Shown: positions 27,697-37,584, numbered from the stretch's first letter. The stretch: 64,000 nucleotides of DNA from Gemmatimonadota bacterium (GCA_041486305.1 JBGPLG010000001.1:84429-148428); one strand, 5' to 3'. Numbers and translations are program-made. Notes: generated from the letters alone by a model not told the origin.

Positions 27697-30409
27697 GGGC
27701 CCGGAGCGGATCGACCTGGGTGGCCCTCCGGGCCGGCAGGTAACACGCAACGAGGGCCACCCCGGCCAGAATGAGCGGGACGGCCGTGAACGTAGCCGCG
27801 TCGGTCGCCCCGATTTCGAAGAGCATGTAGGCCATCAGGCGCGTGACGCCGAGGGCCGCGGCCACCCCGAGCGCGATCCCCCCCGCGGCGAGCGCCATCC
27901 CTTCGCCGAGCACCAGCCCGATCACGTCGGGGGCCCGCGCCCCCAGCGCGATGCGCACCCCGATTTCCTGGGTCCGCTGCGCCACGGCATAGTGGAGCAG
28001 GCCGTACAGCCCCACGGCCGCGAGAGCCAGCGCGAAGGCGGCGAATCCGGCCAGCAGCCAGGTCTGGAACCGCCGCGCCGTGCTCAGCGCGCCCAGCGCG
28101 CGGTCGGCGGTGCCGACGCTCAGGATCATCAGGGTCCGGTCCACCGACCGGATCTCCTGCCGGACCGCTGGCGCCAGCGCGAGCGGATTCCCGTCGGTCC
28201 GCAACACCAGGTCGGTCGATCCGCCCAGGTTCGAGCCGAAGTACTCGGGAATGACCCCCTTCTCCAGTCCCTGCCGGTGCATGTCACCCACCACGCCGAC
28301 GATTTCGTACCAGTACACCTTGGGCGGCGCTCCGAGGTAGAACCGCCGGCCGATCGGGTCCCGGTCGGGAAAGAACCGCTGCACGAAGGCCTGGTTCACG
28401 ACCGCGGCCTCCGCCGGCCCCGCGTAATCGACTGCTTCGGATGTGACGAGCAGGTGAACCGCAGCGACCGCGTCCCCCTGGGAATGCAGACGACCCCTCC
28501 GCAGGGGAACCCGCATTGTGGAGAAGAAGCCCGGATCGACCGAACTCGACGCCAGTTGTCCGGTGCCGCCGCCGCCGGGGCCACCCGCGCCGCCCTCGAC
28601 GGTGATGGACTGGTCGGGGTTGTCTCGTCGGAGCAGGCTGCTCACCGCCCCGACATCGCGGACTCCGTGTACGCCCGCAAGGCGCTCGGTAAGCGTGGCC
28701 AGGGCAGCCAGCCTCCGTCCATACACGGTTTCTGCGGGCCCTCGAACTGCAGCGGCCGCTACCCGCACCAGCAGCACATGGTCGGGATCGAAACCCGGAT
28801 CGACCGCTTGCAGGCGCACGGCGCTCCGGATCAGGAGGCCCGCGCCGATGAGCAGGACCACCGCGAGCGCGCACTCGGCCACGACGAGCAGGCTCCGGAT
28901 CCGGCGGGTGCCGGACGCGCCCGGGCCGCCGGTCTTGAGCGCGTCGTTCGGGTTGCTGCGGGACAGTGTCCACGCCGGCACGATGCCGAAGAGAATGCCC
29001 GCGAGAATCGACACGCCCGCCATGAATGCCAGCACCGTCCCGTCCACCCGCATCCCGTCGATCCGGGCGATCCCAGGCGGTGCCGCCGCCGCGAGCACCC
29101 GCACCACCGCCGCCGCGAGGGCCAGGCCCGCCGCGCCGCCGATCCCCGCGAGAGTCAGGCTTTCGGTGAGCAACTGCCGCAATAGGCGCAGCCGGCCGGC
29201 GCCGAGGGACACCCGCACTGCCAATTCGCGGCCCCGGGCGGCCCCGCGCGCGAGCTGCAGGCTGGCGAGGTTCACGCAGGCGATCAGCAGCACCAGGCCG
29301 ACCGCCCCCAGCAGCACCCACAGTGCGCGCTGCAGGTTCTTTCCGGTGACCTGGTCCAGCAGCGGGACCACGGTCACGCCGAACCCGGGAAAATCCGGGT
29401 CCGGGCTGGGATAGGCCTGGGCCAGCCGCCGGCCGATGGCATCCATGTCGACCTGCGCGGCGGAGAAGCTGGCGCCCGGAGCGAGCCGTCCTACCACCCG
29501 CCAGTTGTTGAAGAAGCGGTCTCCACTCTCGCGCTGGAGCCGCCAGTAGGAGGTGACCGGCTCCCAGAGCTGGGTGCCGGGACCGGGGAAGAAGAACTCC
29601 GGCGGCATGACGCCGATGACCCGGACGCTGCGCGGCCCGCCTTTCGACGCGGTACCGTCGCCATCCAGGGAGAGGAACTTGCCTACGACGTCCCGGCGGC
29701 CGCCGAACCGGCGCTGCCAGAGTCCATAGCTCAGCACGACTACTGGCTCGCGCCGCTGCTGGTCCTCGGCGGTGATGCCGCGTCCCAGCAGCGGCTCGGC
29801 GCCGAGGAGAGGGAACAGCCGCGTTGATACGAAGCTGCTGGTGGTCCGCTCGGGCTCGTCTCCCCCCAGCAGGGTGACCGTATTGTCGAAGCTGAATACC
29901 GCCAGCTCGGCGAAGGTCCGGGTCTGGGCCTGCCAGTCCCGAACGGTAGGAAACGAGGTTTCCACCTCGTGGAGCCCGCGCCGGACGTCGTCGGTCCAGA
30001 GGACGGCGAGACGATCGGCGTCCCGGAACGGGAGCGGGCGCAGGATCACGGCGTTGACGCTGCTGAAGATCGCGGTCGTCGCGCCGATGCCGAGGGCCAG
30101 GGTGAGCAGGGCCACCAGCGTAAAGCCCGGGTTCTTCCGCAGCGAGCGCGCCGCATAGCGGAAATCGCTCCCGACCGACTCGAGGTTCGCTTCCCACCCG
30201 CCGCTCCGGGCCTCCTCCTTCACCGCGGCGACGCTTCCGAGCTCCAGCCGGGCCGCCCGCGCGGCCGATTCCGGCGTCATGCCACCGCGAATCCGCTCCC
30301 GGGTGGCCTGCGCGAGGTAGTCCTGCACCTCGTCGTCCAGCTCCGCCTCGACCGCGCGGCGCCGAAACAGGCCGCGCAGTCCATCCCGGATGGATCGCAG
30401 CAGCGCCAT
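27683..30409 (-). CDS. ADOP-type duplicated MacB/FtsX permease with prefix domain (copy 3)
   Basis: Start at ATG 30409 (MALLRSIRDGLRGLFRRRAVEAELDDEVQDYL). Prefix motif GGMTPESAARAARLELGS, TM1 [36 protein letters not shown], tail PARRATQVDPLRALKTE. Confidence 0.9.
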   Translation of the reverse strand: MALLRSIRDGLRGLFRRRAVEAELDDEVQDYLAQATRERIRGGMTPESAARAARLELGSVAAVKEEARSGGWEANLESVGSDFRYAARSLRKNPGFTLVALLTLALGIGATTAIFSSVNAVILRPLPFRDADRLAVLWTDDVRRGLHEVETSFPTVRDWQAQTRTFAELAVFSFDNTVTLLGGDEPERTTSSFVSTRLFPLLGAEPLLGRGITAEDQQRREPVVVLSYGLWQRRFGGRRDVVGKFLSLDGDGTASKGGPRSVRVIGVMPPEFFFPGPGTQLWEPVTSYWRLQRESGDRFFNNWRVVGRLAPGASFSAAQVDMDAIGRRLAQAYPSPDPDFPGFGVTVVPLLDQVTGKNLQRALWVLLGAVGLVLLIACVNLASLQLARGAARGRELAVRVSLGAGRLRLLRQLLTESLTLAGIGGAAGLALAAAVVRVLAAAAPPGIARIDGMRVDGTVLAFMAGVSILAGILFGIVPAWTLSRSNPNDALKTGGPGASGTRRIRSLLVVAECALAVVLLIGAGLLIRSAVRLQAVDPGFDPDHVLLVRVAAAAVRGPAETVYGRRLAALATLTERLAGVHGVRDVGAVSSLLRRDNPDQSITVEGGAGGPGGGGTGQLASSSVDPGFFSTMRVPLRRGRLHSQGDAVAAVHLLVTSEAVDYAGPAEAAVVNQAFVQRFFPDRDPIGRRFYLGAPPKVYWYEIVGVVGDMHRQGLEKGVIPEYFGSNLGGSTDLVLRTDGNPLALAPAVRQEIRSVDRTLMILSVGTADRALGALSTARRFQTWLLAGFAAFALALAAVGLYGLLHYAVAQRTQEIGVRIALGARAPDVIGLVLGEGMALAAGGIALGVAAALGVTRLMAYMLFEIGATDAATFTAVPLILAGVALVACYLPARRATQVDPLRALKTE

Positions 30410-30414
30410 GACGC

Positions 30415-30744
30415 TCACGCCTCGAGCAGCCGGGCGATGGCGGCCGTCCGGCGGGCCCAGTTCCGCGTTTCGGCCGCGAGCTGCTTCTGCCCCTTCGCGG
30501 TGAGCGCGTAGTACTTGGCGGTGCGGTTGTTCTCGGTGGCCCGCCACTCCGCTTTCAGCACCCCGGAGCGCTCCAGCCGCCGGAACGCCAGGAGCAGGGA
30601 GCCGGGGTTGACCTTGAAGACGCCCCGGCTGATCTGCTCGATGCGCCGCCCGATGCCGAACCCGTGCATCGGCTCCAGGGACAGCGACTTGAGGATCAGC
30701 AGATCCAGGGTGCCCTGAATGACGTCGGTCGACTCGCCCGGCAT
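30415..30744 (-). CDS. PadR family transcriptional regulator (acidobacterial-type)
   Basis: MPGESTDVIQGTLDLLILKSLSLEPMHGFGIGRRIE...NRTAKYYALTAKG. ATG 30744 preferred over the TTG at 30786. Confidence 0.88.
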   Translation of the reverse strand: MPGESTDVIQGTLDLLILKSLSLEPMHGFGIGRRIEQISRGVFKVNPGSLLLAFRRLERSGVLKAEWRATENNRTAKYYALTAKGQKQLAAETRNWARRTAAIARLLEA

Positions 30745-30857
30745 GAGGCCTCCGTCCGCGGAATGCGGCCTCCACTTGGATGCCAAGGGGAGGACGGGCC
30801 TACGCTAAGGCCTCTCCTCATGGTTGTCAAGAGGAGGAGGAACGAGACCGCCGCCGA

Positions 30858-32375
30858 TCAGGGGCTTGGTGCAGCGAACAGCTTCACGACCTCCGGTTTC
30901 ACCACCTTGCCCATCGCGTTGCGGGGCAGCGCCGGTACCGCGCGCAGCGCCCGCGGCACCTTGTAGGGCGCCAGCCGCTCCTTCGACCAGGCCTGCAGGC
31001 TGCTCAGGGTGAGCTTACGGCCCGGGACCAGCTCCACGGCGGCCGAGACCCGCTCGCCCCAGTCGTCGTCCGGGATTCCTACTACGGCGCACTCCGCGAT
31101 GGCCGGGTGGGCGCGCAGCGTCTCCTCGATCTCCAGCGCCGATACCTTGAACCCGCCGGTCTTGATGATGTCCACGCTGCTCCGGCCCAGGATCCGGTAG
31201 GACTCGTCCTCCACGACCGCGGTATCGCCGGTCCGGAACCAGCCATCGCGGAAGGCGGCCGCCGTGGCTTCGGGGCGCTGCCAGTATTCCAGGAAGATGT
31301 TGGGTCCCCGGACTTCGACTTCGCCCGGCGTGCCGGCGGGCACCGGCCTGCCCTGCTCGTCCACGACTCGCACCTCCACACCGGGCAGCGGCGTACCCAC
31401 GAATCCGGGGCGGCGTTCACCGGCGAGCGGGTTCGAGAGCGCCATGCCGAGCTCGGTCATGCCGTATCGCTCGAGCAGGGTGTGGCCGCTGATCTCCCGC
31501 CACCGGGTAAGGGTCTGCACCGGCAGGGCGGCCGAGCCGGAGACCATGAGCCGGAGCTTTCCGCTCGCAGCCGACATCCGGGCCCGTCGCTTGGGCGCTG
31601 CCGCCTCCCACGCCGCGATCAACTTGCGGTAGATCGTCGGCACCGCCATGAACACCGTCAGCTGGCCCGATTCGATCCGCCGCCAGGTTTCTTCGGCATC
31701 GAATCGCGGAAGCATCTCGCAGACCGCGCCGGACCAGAGCGAGCATCCCACCACATTGACGATGCCGTGGACATGGTGGAGCGGCAGCACCAGGAGGATC
31801 CGGTCCTGCTCGCTCCAGCCCCAGGCTTCGACCAGCGCCGTGATCTGGGCCCGTAGGTTGGCGTGCGAGCACACCACGCCCTTCGGCTTGCCGGTGGTGC
31901 CGCTGGTGTACACCATCATCGCGCGCCGGTCCTCCGCGACGCTCGGCAGATGGGCCGACCGGCCGGCCAGGGCCTCGGTCGCGGTCAGAAAACGGGCACC
32001 CGCGGCCGTCGCGAGCGGCTCGAGCATCGCCGCCGACGCGGCGTCGCCCACGACGATGGAGGCGCCGGAGTCGGTGATCACGTATTCGAGCTCGGCGGGA
32101 GGGTGGGAGGTGGCCAGCGGGACGGCGATCCCGCCCGCCCGCCACGCGCCCCATTGCACCGCAACGTGATCGAAGCCGGGCGCAATCAGGAAGGCGACCC
32201 GGGCCTCCTGGAGATCGGACGCGCCGTCCAGGAAGCAGGCCGCCGCTCGGGCCGAGGCGTCGGAGAGCTGAGCATAGGTGAACTCACCCTCGCGGTCGAC
32301 GATCGCCGGCCGGTACGGATCCGCGTCGGCGCGTTGGATCAGGGGGAGGGGAGGGGCCACGGACATGGGACCCAA
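30858..32375 (-). CDS. AMP-dependent acyl-CoA synthetase/ligase (MatB-like size and motifs)
   Basis: 505 aa. Has the AMP-binding motif MVYTSGTTGKPKGVV, GWFRTGD and a C-terminal catalytic Lys region NAMGKVVK. Confidence 0.88.
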   Translation of the reverse strand: MGPMSVAPPLPLIQRADADPYRPAIVDREGEFTYAQLSDASARAAACFLDGASDLQEARVAFLIAPGFDHVAVQWGAWRAGGIAVPLATSHPPAELEYVITDSGASIVVGDAASAAMLEPLATAAGARFLTATEALAGRSAHLPSVAEDRRAMMVYTSGTTGKPKGVVCSHANLRAQITALVEAWGWSEQDRILLVLPLHHVHGIVNVVGCSLWSGAVCEMLPRFDAEETWRRIESGQLTVFMAVPTIYRKLIAAWEAAAPKRRARMSAASGKLRLMVSGSAALPVQTLTRWREISGHTLLERYGMTELGMALSNPLAGERRPGFVGTPLPGVEVRVVDEQGRPVPAGTPGEVEVRGPNIFLEYWQRPEATAAAFRDGWFRTGDTAVVEDESYRILGRSSVDIIKTGGFKVSALEIEETLRAHPAIAECAVVGIPDDDWGERVSAAVELVPGRKLTLSSLQAWSKERLAPYKVPRALRAVPALPRNAMGKVVKPEVVKLFAAPSP

Positions 32376-32415
32376 GAAACCGGCTTGGGGCCCCGCAGGG
32401 CAAGAGCACCGCCGG

Positions 32416-32859
32416 CTATGCCGACCCGCCCAACGCCTTGATCCGGTCCAGCACGGCCAGGAAGTGCTGCGGCTCGGCCAGCTTGTGGCCCCAGCCCCGG
32501 CCCATCATGGTCCGGAGCAGGAAGCCGGCGACCCCGCTGAAACCGGAATGGACCAGTACGAGGCGGGTGCCCGAGTGTTCCGGAATCAGGGTCCACTCGA
32601 CCGTGGTCGGCGCCCGCTTCTTCGGCCCACCTACCCAGGAATAGGCCAGACGCCGGGGCGGGTCCGCCTCGAGCACCTCACAACGCACGATTCCATCGAA
32701 CCCCGGTGCCGGTTTGGTGCGGAAGGTGAACCGATGGCCGATCCGGGGCGCGATGTCGTTTTCCATGAGCCACGAGGCCAGCAGCGCCGGCTCGGTGAGC
32801 GCGCGCCAGACCCGCTCGGGCGGATGGGGATAGAACACCTCACGCCGAATGCTCTTCAC
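32416..32859 (-). CDS. SRPBCC (AHSA1/START-like) domain protein
   Basis: GTG 32859 start (VKSIRREVFYPHPPERVWRALTEPALLASW). This is the classic partner of ArsR regulators. Overlaps arsR by 20 nt. Confidence 0.78.
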   Translation of the reverse strand: MKSIRREVFYPHPPERVWRALTEPALLASWLMENDIAPRIGHRFTFRTKPAPGFDGIVRCEVLEADPPRRLAYSWVGGPKKRAPTTVEWTLIPEHSGTRLVLVHSGFSGVAGFLLRTMMGRGWGHKLAEPQHFLAVLDRIKALGGSA

Positions 32860-33214
32860 GCGCTCTTTCCCGTTCGAGGGTGGCCTCCAGCCGCCGCAGG
32901 CGCTCATCCCAGAACCGCTCGTAGCGCCGGATCCATTCGTAGGCCCGCCGCATTTCCCGGCCCTCCAGACGATAGCGCCGCTCCCGGCCGGCCCGGTCCT
33001 CGCGCACCAGCCCCGCCGACCGCAGCACCCGCAGGTGCTGCGAGATGGCGGGTCGGGAGACCTGAAACCACGCGGCCAGCTCGTGCACCGCGCGGTCTCC
33101 CCCCTGGAGCAGCTCGACGAGCCGGAGCCGGCTCGGGTCTCCCAGGGCGGCAAAGAGCCGGGCCTGGCGGGCGGCGGACGGCGGGACCGGCGGGCGGCGG
33201 GTAGGGCGCGGCAT
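32840..33214 (-). CDS. ArsR/SmtB family transcriptional regulator
   Basis: Winged HTH: LFAALGDPSRLRLVELLQGGDRAVHELAAWFQVSRPAISQHLRVLRSAGLV. Confidence 0.9.
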   Translation of the reverse strand: MPRPTRRPPVPPSAARQARLFAALGDPSRLRLVELLQGGDRAVHELAAWFQVSRPAISQHLRVLRSAGLVREDRAGRERRYRLEGREMRRAYEWIRRYERFWDERLRRLEATLERERAREEHSA

Positions 33215-33261
33215 GGCACAAATATAGGTAAGAAAGTACTAACGTGTCAACGATCAATGTC

Positions 33262-33307
33262 TCAATATATATTGACGATATGGTGGCGAAGCAATATACA
33301 TATATGT
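33262..33307. promoter_or_regulatory. two perfect AT palindromes in the arsR / VOC divergent region (candidate ArsR operator and promoters)
   Basis: TCAATATATATTGA (33262-33275) and ACATATATGT (33298-33307), centres 34 bp apart. They sit inside an AT-rich island of about 110 nt. Confidence 0.5.
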
Positions 33308-33360
33308 AATGGTTTACTTACCTGTATCAAACTCCGATATCCCCGAGAGGAGATTCGCCC

Positions 33361-33852
33361 ATGCCCCGCACCATCCTGCTGCCCGGCCTCGCCTTGATTA
33401 TGCTCGCCGCCCCGCCGCGGCTCCCCGCGCAGACCGGCGCGCCCGACCTCAGGCTCCGCAGCGTCACGGTCATCGTGCGGGACTACGACGAGGCCAGGAA
33501 GTGGTACACCGAAAAGCTGGGCTTCGAGGTCGAGATCGACCGGACCTTCGCTCCGGGACAACGCTTTCTCCGGGTGCATCCGCCGGGACAACCCGGGCTC
33601 GGCATCGTGCTGGAAACGCCGGGCGACGGCGCCGACCCCGCGATGCCGCGCGCCTACCAGGACCGGATCGGCAAGGAGGTGTCGTGGGTGTTTGAATCGG
33701 AGGATGTCGCCAAAACCTACGAGCTGCTCAAGGGGCGGGGCGTGGAATTCACCCAGGCGCCGAAGCAGAGGCCCTGGGGCACCGAGGCGCTGTTCCGGGA
33801 TCTCTATGGCAACGCGTTCGTGATCATCGGGCCGAGCCGCAAGAGCCCCTAG
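33361..33852 (+). CDS. VOC (glyoxalase/bleomycin-resistance/dioxygenase) family protein with signal peptide
   Basis: Signal MPRTILLPGLALIMLAAPPRLPAQ, then a VOC beta-alpha-beta-beta-beta pattern (VTVIVRDYDEARKWYTEKLGF...FRDLYGNAFVI). Confidence 0.82.
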   Translation: MPRTILLPGLALIMLAAPPRLPAQTGAPDLRLRSVTVIVRDYDEARKWYTEKLGFEVEIDRTFAPGQRFLRVHPPGQPGLGIVLETPGDGADPAMPRAYQDRIGKEVSWVFESEDVAKTYELLKGRGVEFTQAPKQRPWGTEALFRDLYGNAFVIIGPSRKSP

Positions 33853-34927
33853 CGCCGCAGGCCAGCGCGAGCCGGGCGAAGGCCAGGGCCTCCGCCTCCC
33901 CGAAGCCGGCTTCGGTGTTCGACAGGATGGCCACCGCGACGCCCTGGTCGGGATACACCAGGATAAAGGCGCGGCCGCCGGTGGAGGCGCCGCCGTGGTG
34001 GACGTAGCGCCGGCCCAGCGAGTCCGTCGCGATGCGCCAGCCCAGCCCCACCGGAACAGGCATTCCGGCGCTGGTGTGCTGCTGGGTCAGGAGGAGGGCA
34101 CGGACCGAATCGGGGAGATAGCCGGGAGCGAAGACGCCGAGCCCGAAGCGGGCCAGCTCCTCCGCGGAGGAGATCACGCCGCCGGCGGGCCACCGGTCGC
34201 TCAGGTCCACCAGGTGGGACGGCTGATATTTCCCGTCGCTGTCTCTGGTATAGGGCCGGGCCTGGTCCCCGGCCGGTCCACCGCCGGGCTCGAGGCCGGT
34301 GCGGATGAGCTCGAGTGGCCGCGCCACTTCCTGCTCCAGCAGCTCGCCATAGCTCTTTCCCGACGCGGCTTCCAGGACCGCCCCCAACAAGTTGTACCCG
34401 TACGTGGAGTAGAAGTAGCGGGTGCCGGGCGGAGTGAGCAGGGTATCCCCGAGAAAGATTCCCAGGCTCGCGGGCACCGACGGATAGTGGGTCTGGTTTT
34501 CGAACTCGCCGGGTCCGTAGTGGCGAACTCCGGCGAGATGCCCGGCCAGCAGACGAGCGGTCAGGGTTCGGTACGGCCCCGGCAGTCTGGGCAGGTACCG
34601 GGAGATCGGTGCGTCGAGATCGAGGCGGCCGGCGGCTACCAAACGGGCCGCGATCGACGCGGTGAACACCTTCGAGACGCTGCCGACCCGGAAAACGGTC
34701 GAGCGCTCGATCCGGCGTCCGGTTTCGAGATCGGCCCGGCCGATCTGCCATCTCCACAACTGCCCGTCCGCAAGCGCCACGGCGATCGAGACGCCGGGAA
34801 GATCGAGTTTTTCGTAGAGCGCCTGGGCGAGCGAGTCCGATCGCTCCGCGACGACCGGGCTGGGCGGTGCGGGTGAGGGGCCGCACGCCGCGACGGCCAG
34901 CGCGAAGGCGAGTACCCGGCGCGTCAT
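33824..34927 (-). CDS. serine hydrolase (beta-lactamase/PBP4-like family) lipoprotein
   Basis: Start ATG 34927 (MTRRVLAFALAVAACGPS, lipobox VAAC). SxxK motif in FRVGSVSKVFTAS. The ATG overlaps the TGA of the upstream permease (ATGA). Confidence 0.85.
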   Translation of the reverse strand: MTRRVLAFALAVAACGPSPAPPSPVVAERSDSLAQALYEKLDLPGVSIAVALADGQLWRWQIGRADLETGRRIERSTVFRVGSVSKVFTASIAARLVAAGRLDLDAPISRYLPRLPGPYRTLTARLLAGHLAGVRHYGPGEFENQTHYPSVPASLGIFLGDTLLTPPGTRYFYSTYGYNLLGAVLEAASGKSYGELLEQEVARPLELIRTGLEPGGGPAGDQARPYTRDSDGKYQPSHLVDLSDRWPAGGVISSAEELARFGLGVFAPGYLPDSVRALLLTQQHTSAGMPVPVGLGWRIATDSLGRRYVHHGGASTGGRAFILVYPDQGVAVAILSNTEAGFGEAEALAFARLALACGARGSCGSAR

Positions 34928-37584
34928 TCTCCCCGCAGCACGATCGCCGGGTCGGCCCGAGTGGCCCGGCGGGCCGGGATCCAGCAGGCCGCGAACGCGA
35001 CCCCCAGGAACAGCGCGGCGGAAAGCCCCAGGACCGCGGGGTCGGCCGGGGTGACCTGGTACAGGAGTTTCGACAGGCTGCGCGCGATGAGCCACCCCGC
35101 GCCGAGCCCGCATCCGGCACCCAAGACGGCATCGCGCATACCGGAGCGGACCACTTCCGCGACCACCTGGGTATCACTGGCGCCGAGGGCCCGGCGCAGA
35201 CCCATTTCCCGGGTCCGCTGGGCCACGATATGCGAGATCACGCCGTAGACGCCGAGTCCCGCCAGCGCGGCCGCGAGCAACGCGAACAGGCCCATGACCC
35301 AGGCCCGGAACCGCTGCGGGGTGGAGGCGTGCCGCACCACCGCCTCCATGGTCTGCACCTGGCTCACCGGCAGGTCGGGATCCATCGCGTTGATGATCCG
35401 GCGCACCTCCGTCACCAGCGACAGCGGGCTCACGCTGGTGCGGAGCACCATGGTCAGGTAGCCCTCGGGAACCATCTCGGTGTTGCCGTAGATGATGGCG
35501 CGCGGCTCCTGGTCGAGGCCCCGCTCGCGCACGTCGCCCGCCACCCCGATGACATACCCCTGGGGGCGGTCGTCGTCCGGGCCCGGCTGCGCCGCCACCC
35601 GGATGAACCGGCCCAGGAACTTCCCGTCGGGCCAGAACTTCTTCGCCGCCGCGGCGCTGATGACGACGACCGGTCGGCCGCCCCGCCGGTCTTCCGCCGT
35701 GAACCCGCGGCCGGCGACGATCGGGATCCGCTGGGTGGCGAAGTAGTCGGCCGAGACCAGCCGGAGCTGGGCCGATTGGCTCACGCCGTCGGGCACCGGC
35801 ACGCTGTCGATGGTGAAGCTCGAGCTGTACCCGAACCCGTCGAGCGGCAGCCCGAAGACCAGGGAGGCGGACTCGACCCCGTTGATCGCGCCGAGCCGCC
35901 GCAACAGCTCCTGCTGGAACTGGACGATCGGCACGCTCTTGCCGTAGGTCTTGTCCGGGAGGGACACGCTCGCGGTAAGAGTCGACGAGGCATCAAACCC
36001 GGGATTCACCTGCTCCAGCCGCATTTTGCTCTTCACCAGCACCCCGGCCACCGCCAGGAGCGCCAGCGCCACCGCCGTCTCCACCGCCACCAGCCAGCGG
36101 TGCAACCCCCGCCGGGTGCCGACGCTCCGGCCACTGCCGCCGGCCAGCGCGGTGCGCAGATCGATCCGGGCGATCCGGCGCGCCGGCGCCAGGCTCACCA
36201 GCAGGGCAGCCAGCATGGTGACGCCCAGGGTGAAGAGCAGCGCCGGGGGATCGAGCCGGACCGTCTCGATCCGCGGCACGCCCTGGGGCGCGAAACGGCG
36301 GATCATTCCCGCACCGAATACCGCCACCGGAATCGCCGCCATCGCGCCGACCCCCACCAGCACCAGCACTTCGCTCGCGCCGTGCCAGAGCAGGCGCCCG
36401 CGCCCGGCGCCGAGCGCGCTCCGCAGCGCCACCTCGCCGCTCCGGCCGATGGCGCGCACCAGGACCAGGTTGGCGACGTTGGCGCAGGCGAGGATCAGCA
36501 GCAGGCCCACTCCGGTCATGAGAAGGATCAGCGTCGGGCGCGACTCCTCCACCACATCCTCGTGAAGCGATCGGAGATCCACGGTCCAGTTGGCGCTCGA
36601 CCTGGGGAACACCCGCGCGATGCGTGCCGCCAGCGTGACCAGCTCGGTTTTGGTGCCGGCAAGGGTAGCTCCGGCGGCGAGGCGCCCGGCGACATCGAGG
36701 TAGTGGCCACCCCGCTGCGAGGCGACGTCCCGGGGCGTCTGAAACGGGATCCAGGCGGCGCCCTCCCCGACCGGGAATTCGAAGCCCTGGGGCATCACGC
36801 CGATGATCTCGTAGCTCTCGCCGTCCAGGATCCAGCGTTTCCCCAGCACCGCCGCATCGCGGCCGAACCGGCCGACCCAGGTCCCGTAGGAGAGGATCGC
36901 GACGTGGGTCGCGCCGTTCTCGAACTCAGGGTCGACAAAACCGCGGCCCAGTGTGGGGGCCACCCCGGTCACCGCCTGGAATCCGCGGGTGACCGAGATG
37001 ACGGACACCTGCTCCGCCGGACCCATGCCGGTCGCGGCGGATTGGGATTCGGTCCAGGCGACCATCGCCCGGAAGCCCTGGCTCTCCCGCGCCCAGTCGT
37101 AGAAGTCGGCCGGAGCGACCGGAAAGGTCGGCCATCCGTCCGTGGGATTGCTGGAGGAGATCTTGATCAGCTCCCCGGGATTCGGATACGCCAGCGGCTT
37201 GAGGACCACGCCGCGGAGAACCGAGAAGACGGTGGCGTTGAGCCCGATGCCGAGCGCCAGGACCAGCACGGCGGTGGCGGTGAATCCGGGCGCCCGAAGC
37301 AGCGCCCGGCTCGATTGCCGAATGCCCTGGCACGCGCCGGCCCACCATTCGCGCCGGCGCCGCTCCTTCCGCTCGGCGATATCGATGGCCCGGCATTCGG
37401 CGGCGTAGCGGGACAGGGGGCCGAAGCGCTGCTCGGCCTCCCGGCGGGCGTCCTCGGGTGACAGGCCGCTCCGGGCCAGTGCCTCGGCTTTCATCGCGAG
37501 ATGGGCCTCGAACTCCGCCGCGACGTCTTCCGCGGGCGGCGGCTCCCGGCCGATCAACCGGAACAGCGAACGAAACCTGGTCAT
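34924..37584 (-). CDS. ADOP-type duplicated MacB/FtsX permease with prefix domain (copy 4)
   Basis: 886 aa. Prefix motif SGLSPEDARREAEQRFGP, TM1 LLRAPGFTATAVLVLALGIGLNATVFS, tail [17 protein letters not shown]. Confidence 0.92.
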   Translation of the reverse strand: MTRFRSLFRLIGREPPPAEDVAAEFEAHLAMKAEALARSGLSPEDARREAEQRFGPLSRYAAECRAIDIAERKERRRREWWAGACQGIRQSSRALLRAPGFTATAVLVLALGIGLNATVFSVLRGVVLKPLAYPNPGELIKISSSNPTDGWPTFPVAPADFYDWARESQGFRAMVAWTESQSAATGMGPAEQVSVISVTRGFQAVTGVAPTLGRGFVDPEFENGATHVAILSYGTWVGRFGRDAAVLGKRWILDGESYEIIGVMPQGFEFPVGEGAAWIPFQTPRDVASQRGGHYLDVAGRLAAGATLAGTKTELVTLAARIARVFPRSSANWTVDLRSLHEDVVEESRPTLILLMTGVGLLLILACANVANLVLVRAIGRSGEVALRSALGAGRGRLLWHGASEVLVLVGVGAMAAIPVAVFGAGMIRRFAPQGVPRIETVRLDPPALLFTLGVTMLAALLVSLAPARRIARIDLRTALAGGSGRSVGTRRGLHRWLVAVETAVALALLAVAGVLVKSKMRLEQVNPGFDASSTLTASVSLPDKTYGKSVPIVQFQQELLRRLGAINGVESASLVFGLPLDGFGYSSSFTIDSVPVPDGVSQSAQLRLVSADYFATQRIPIVAGRGFTAEDRRGGRPVVVISAAAAKKFWPDGKFLGRFIRVAAQPGPDDDRPQGYVIGVAGDVRERGLDQEPRAIIYGNTEMVPEGYLTMVLRTSVSPLSLVTEVRRIINAMDPDLPVSQVQTMEAVVRHASTPQRFRAWVMGLFALLAAALAGLGVYGVISHIVAQRTREMGLRRALGASDTQVVAEVVRSGMRDAVLGAGCGLGAGWLIARSLSKLLYQVTPADPAVLGLSAALFLGVAFAACWIPARRATRADPAIVLRGE

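Noticed and set aside
30775-30840. An operator or promoter for the third padR: CTTGG-ATG-CCAAG at 30775-30787, and on the minus strand a TTGACA within a CTCCTC/GAGGAG stem at about 30806-30836.
   Set aside because: The arms are only 5-6 bp, the CTATGG-type core is absent, and the -10 candidate (TAGCGT) is poor. This could equally be chance or a weak terminator of the acyl-CoA synthetase gene. It is mentioned in a finding but not called as a feature.
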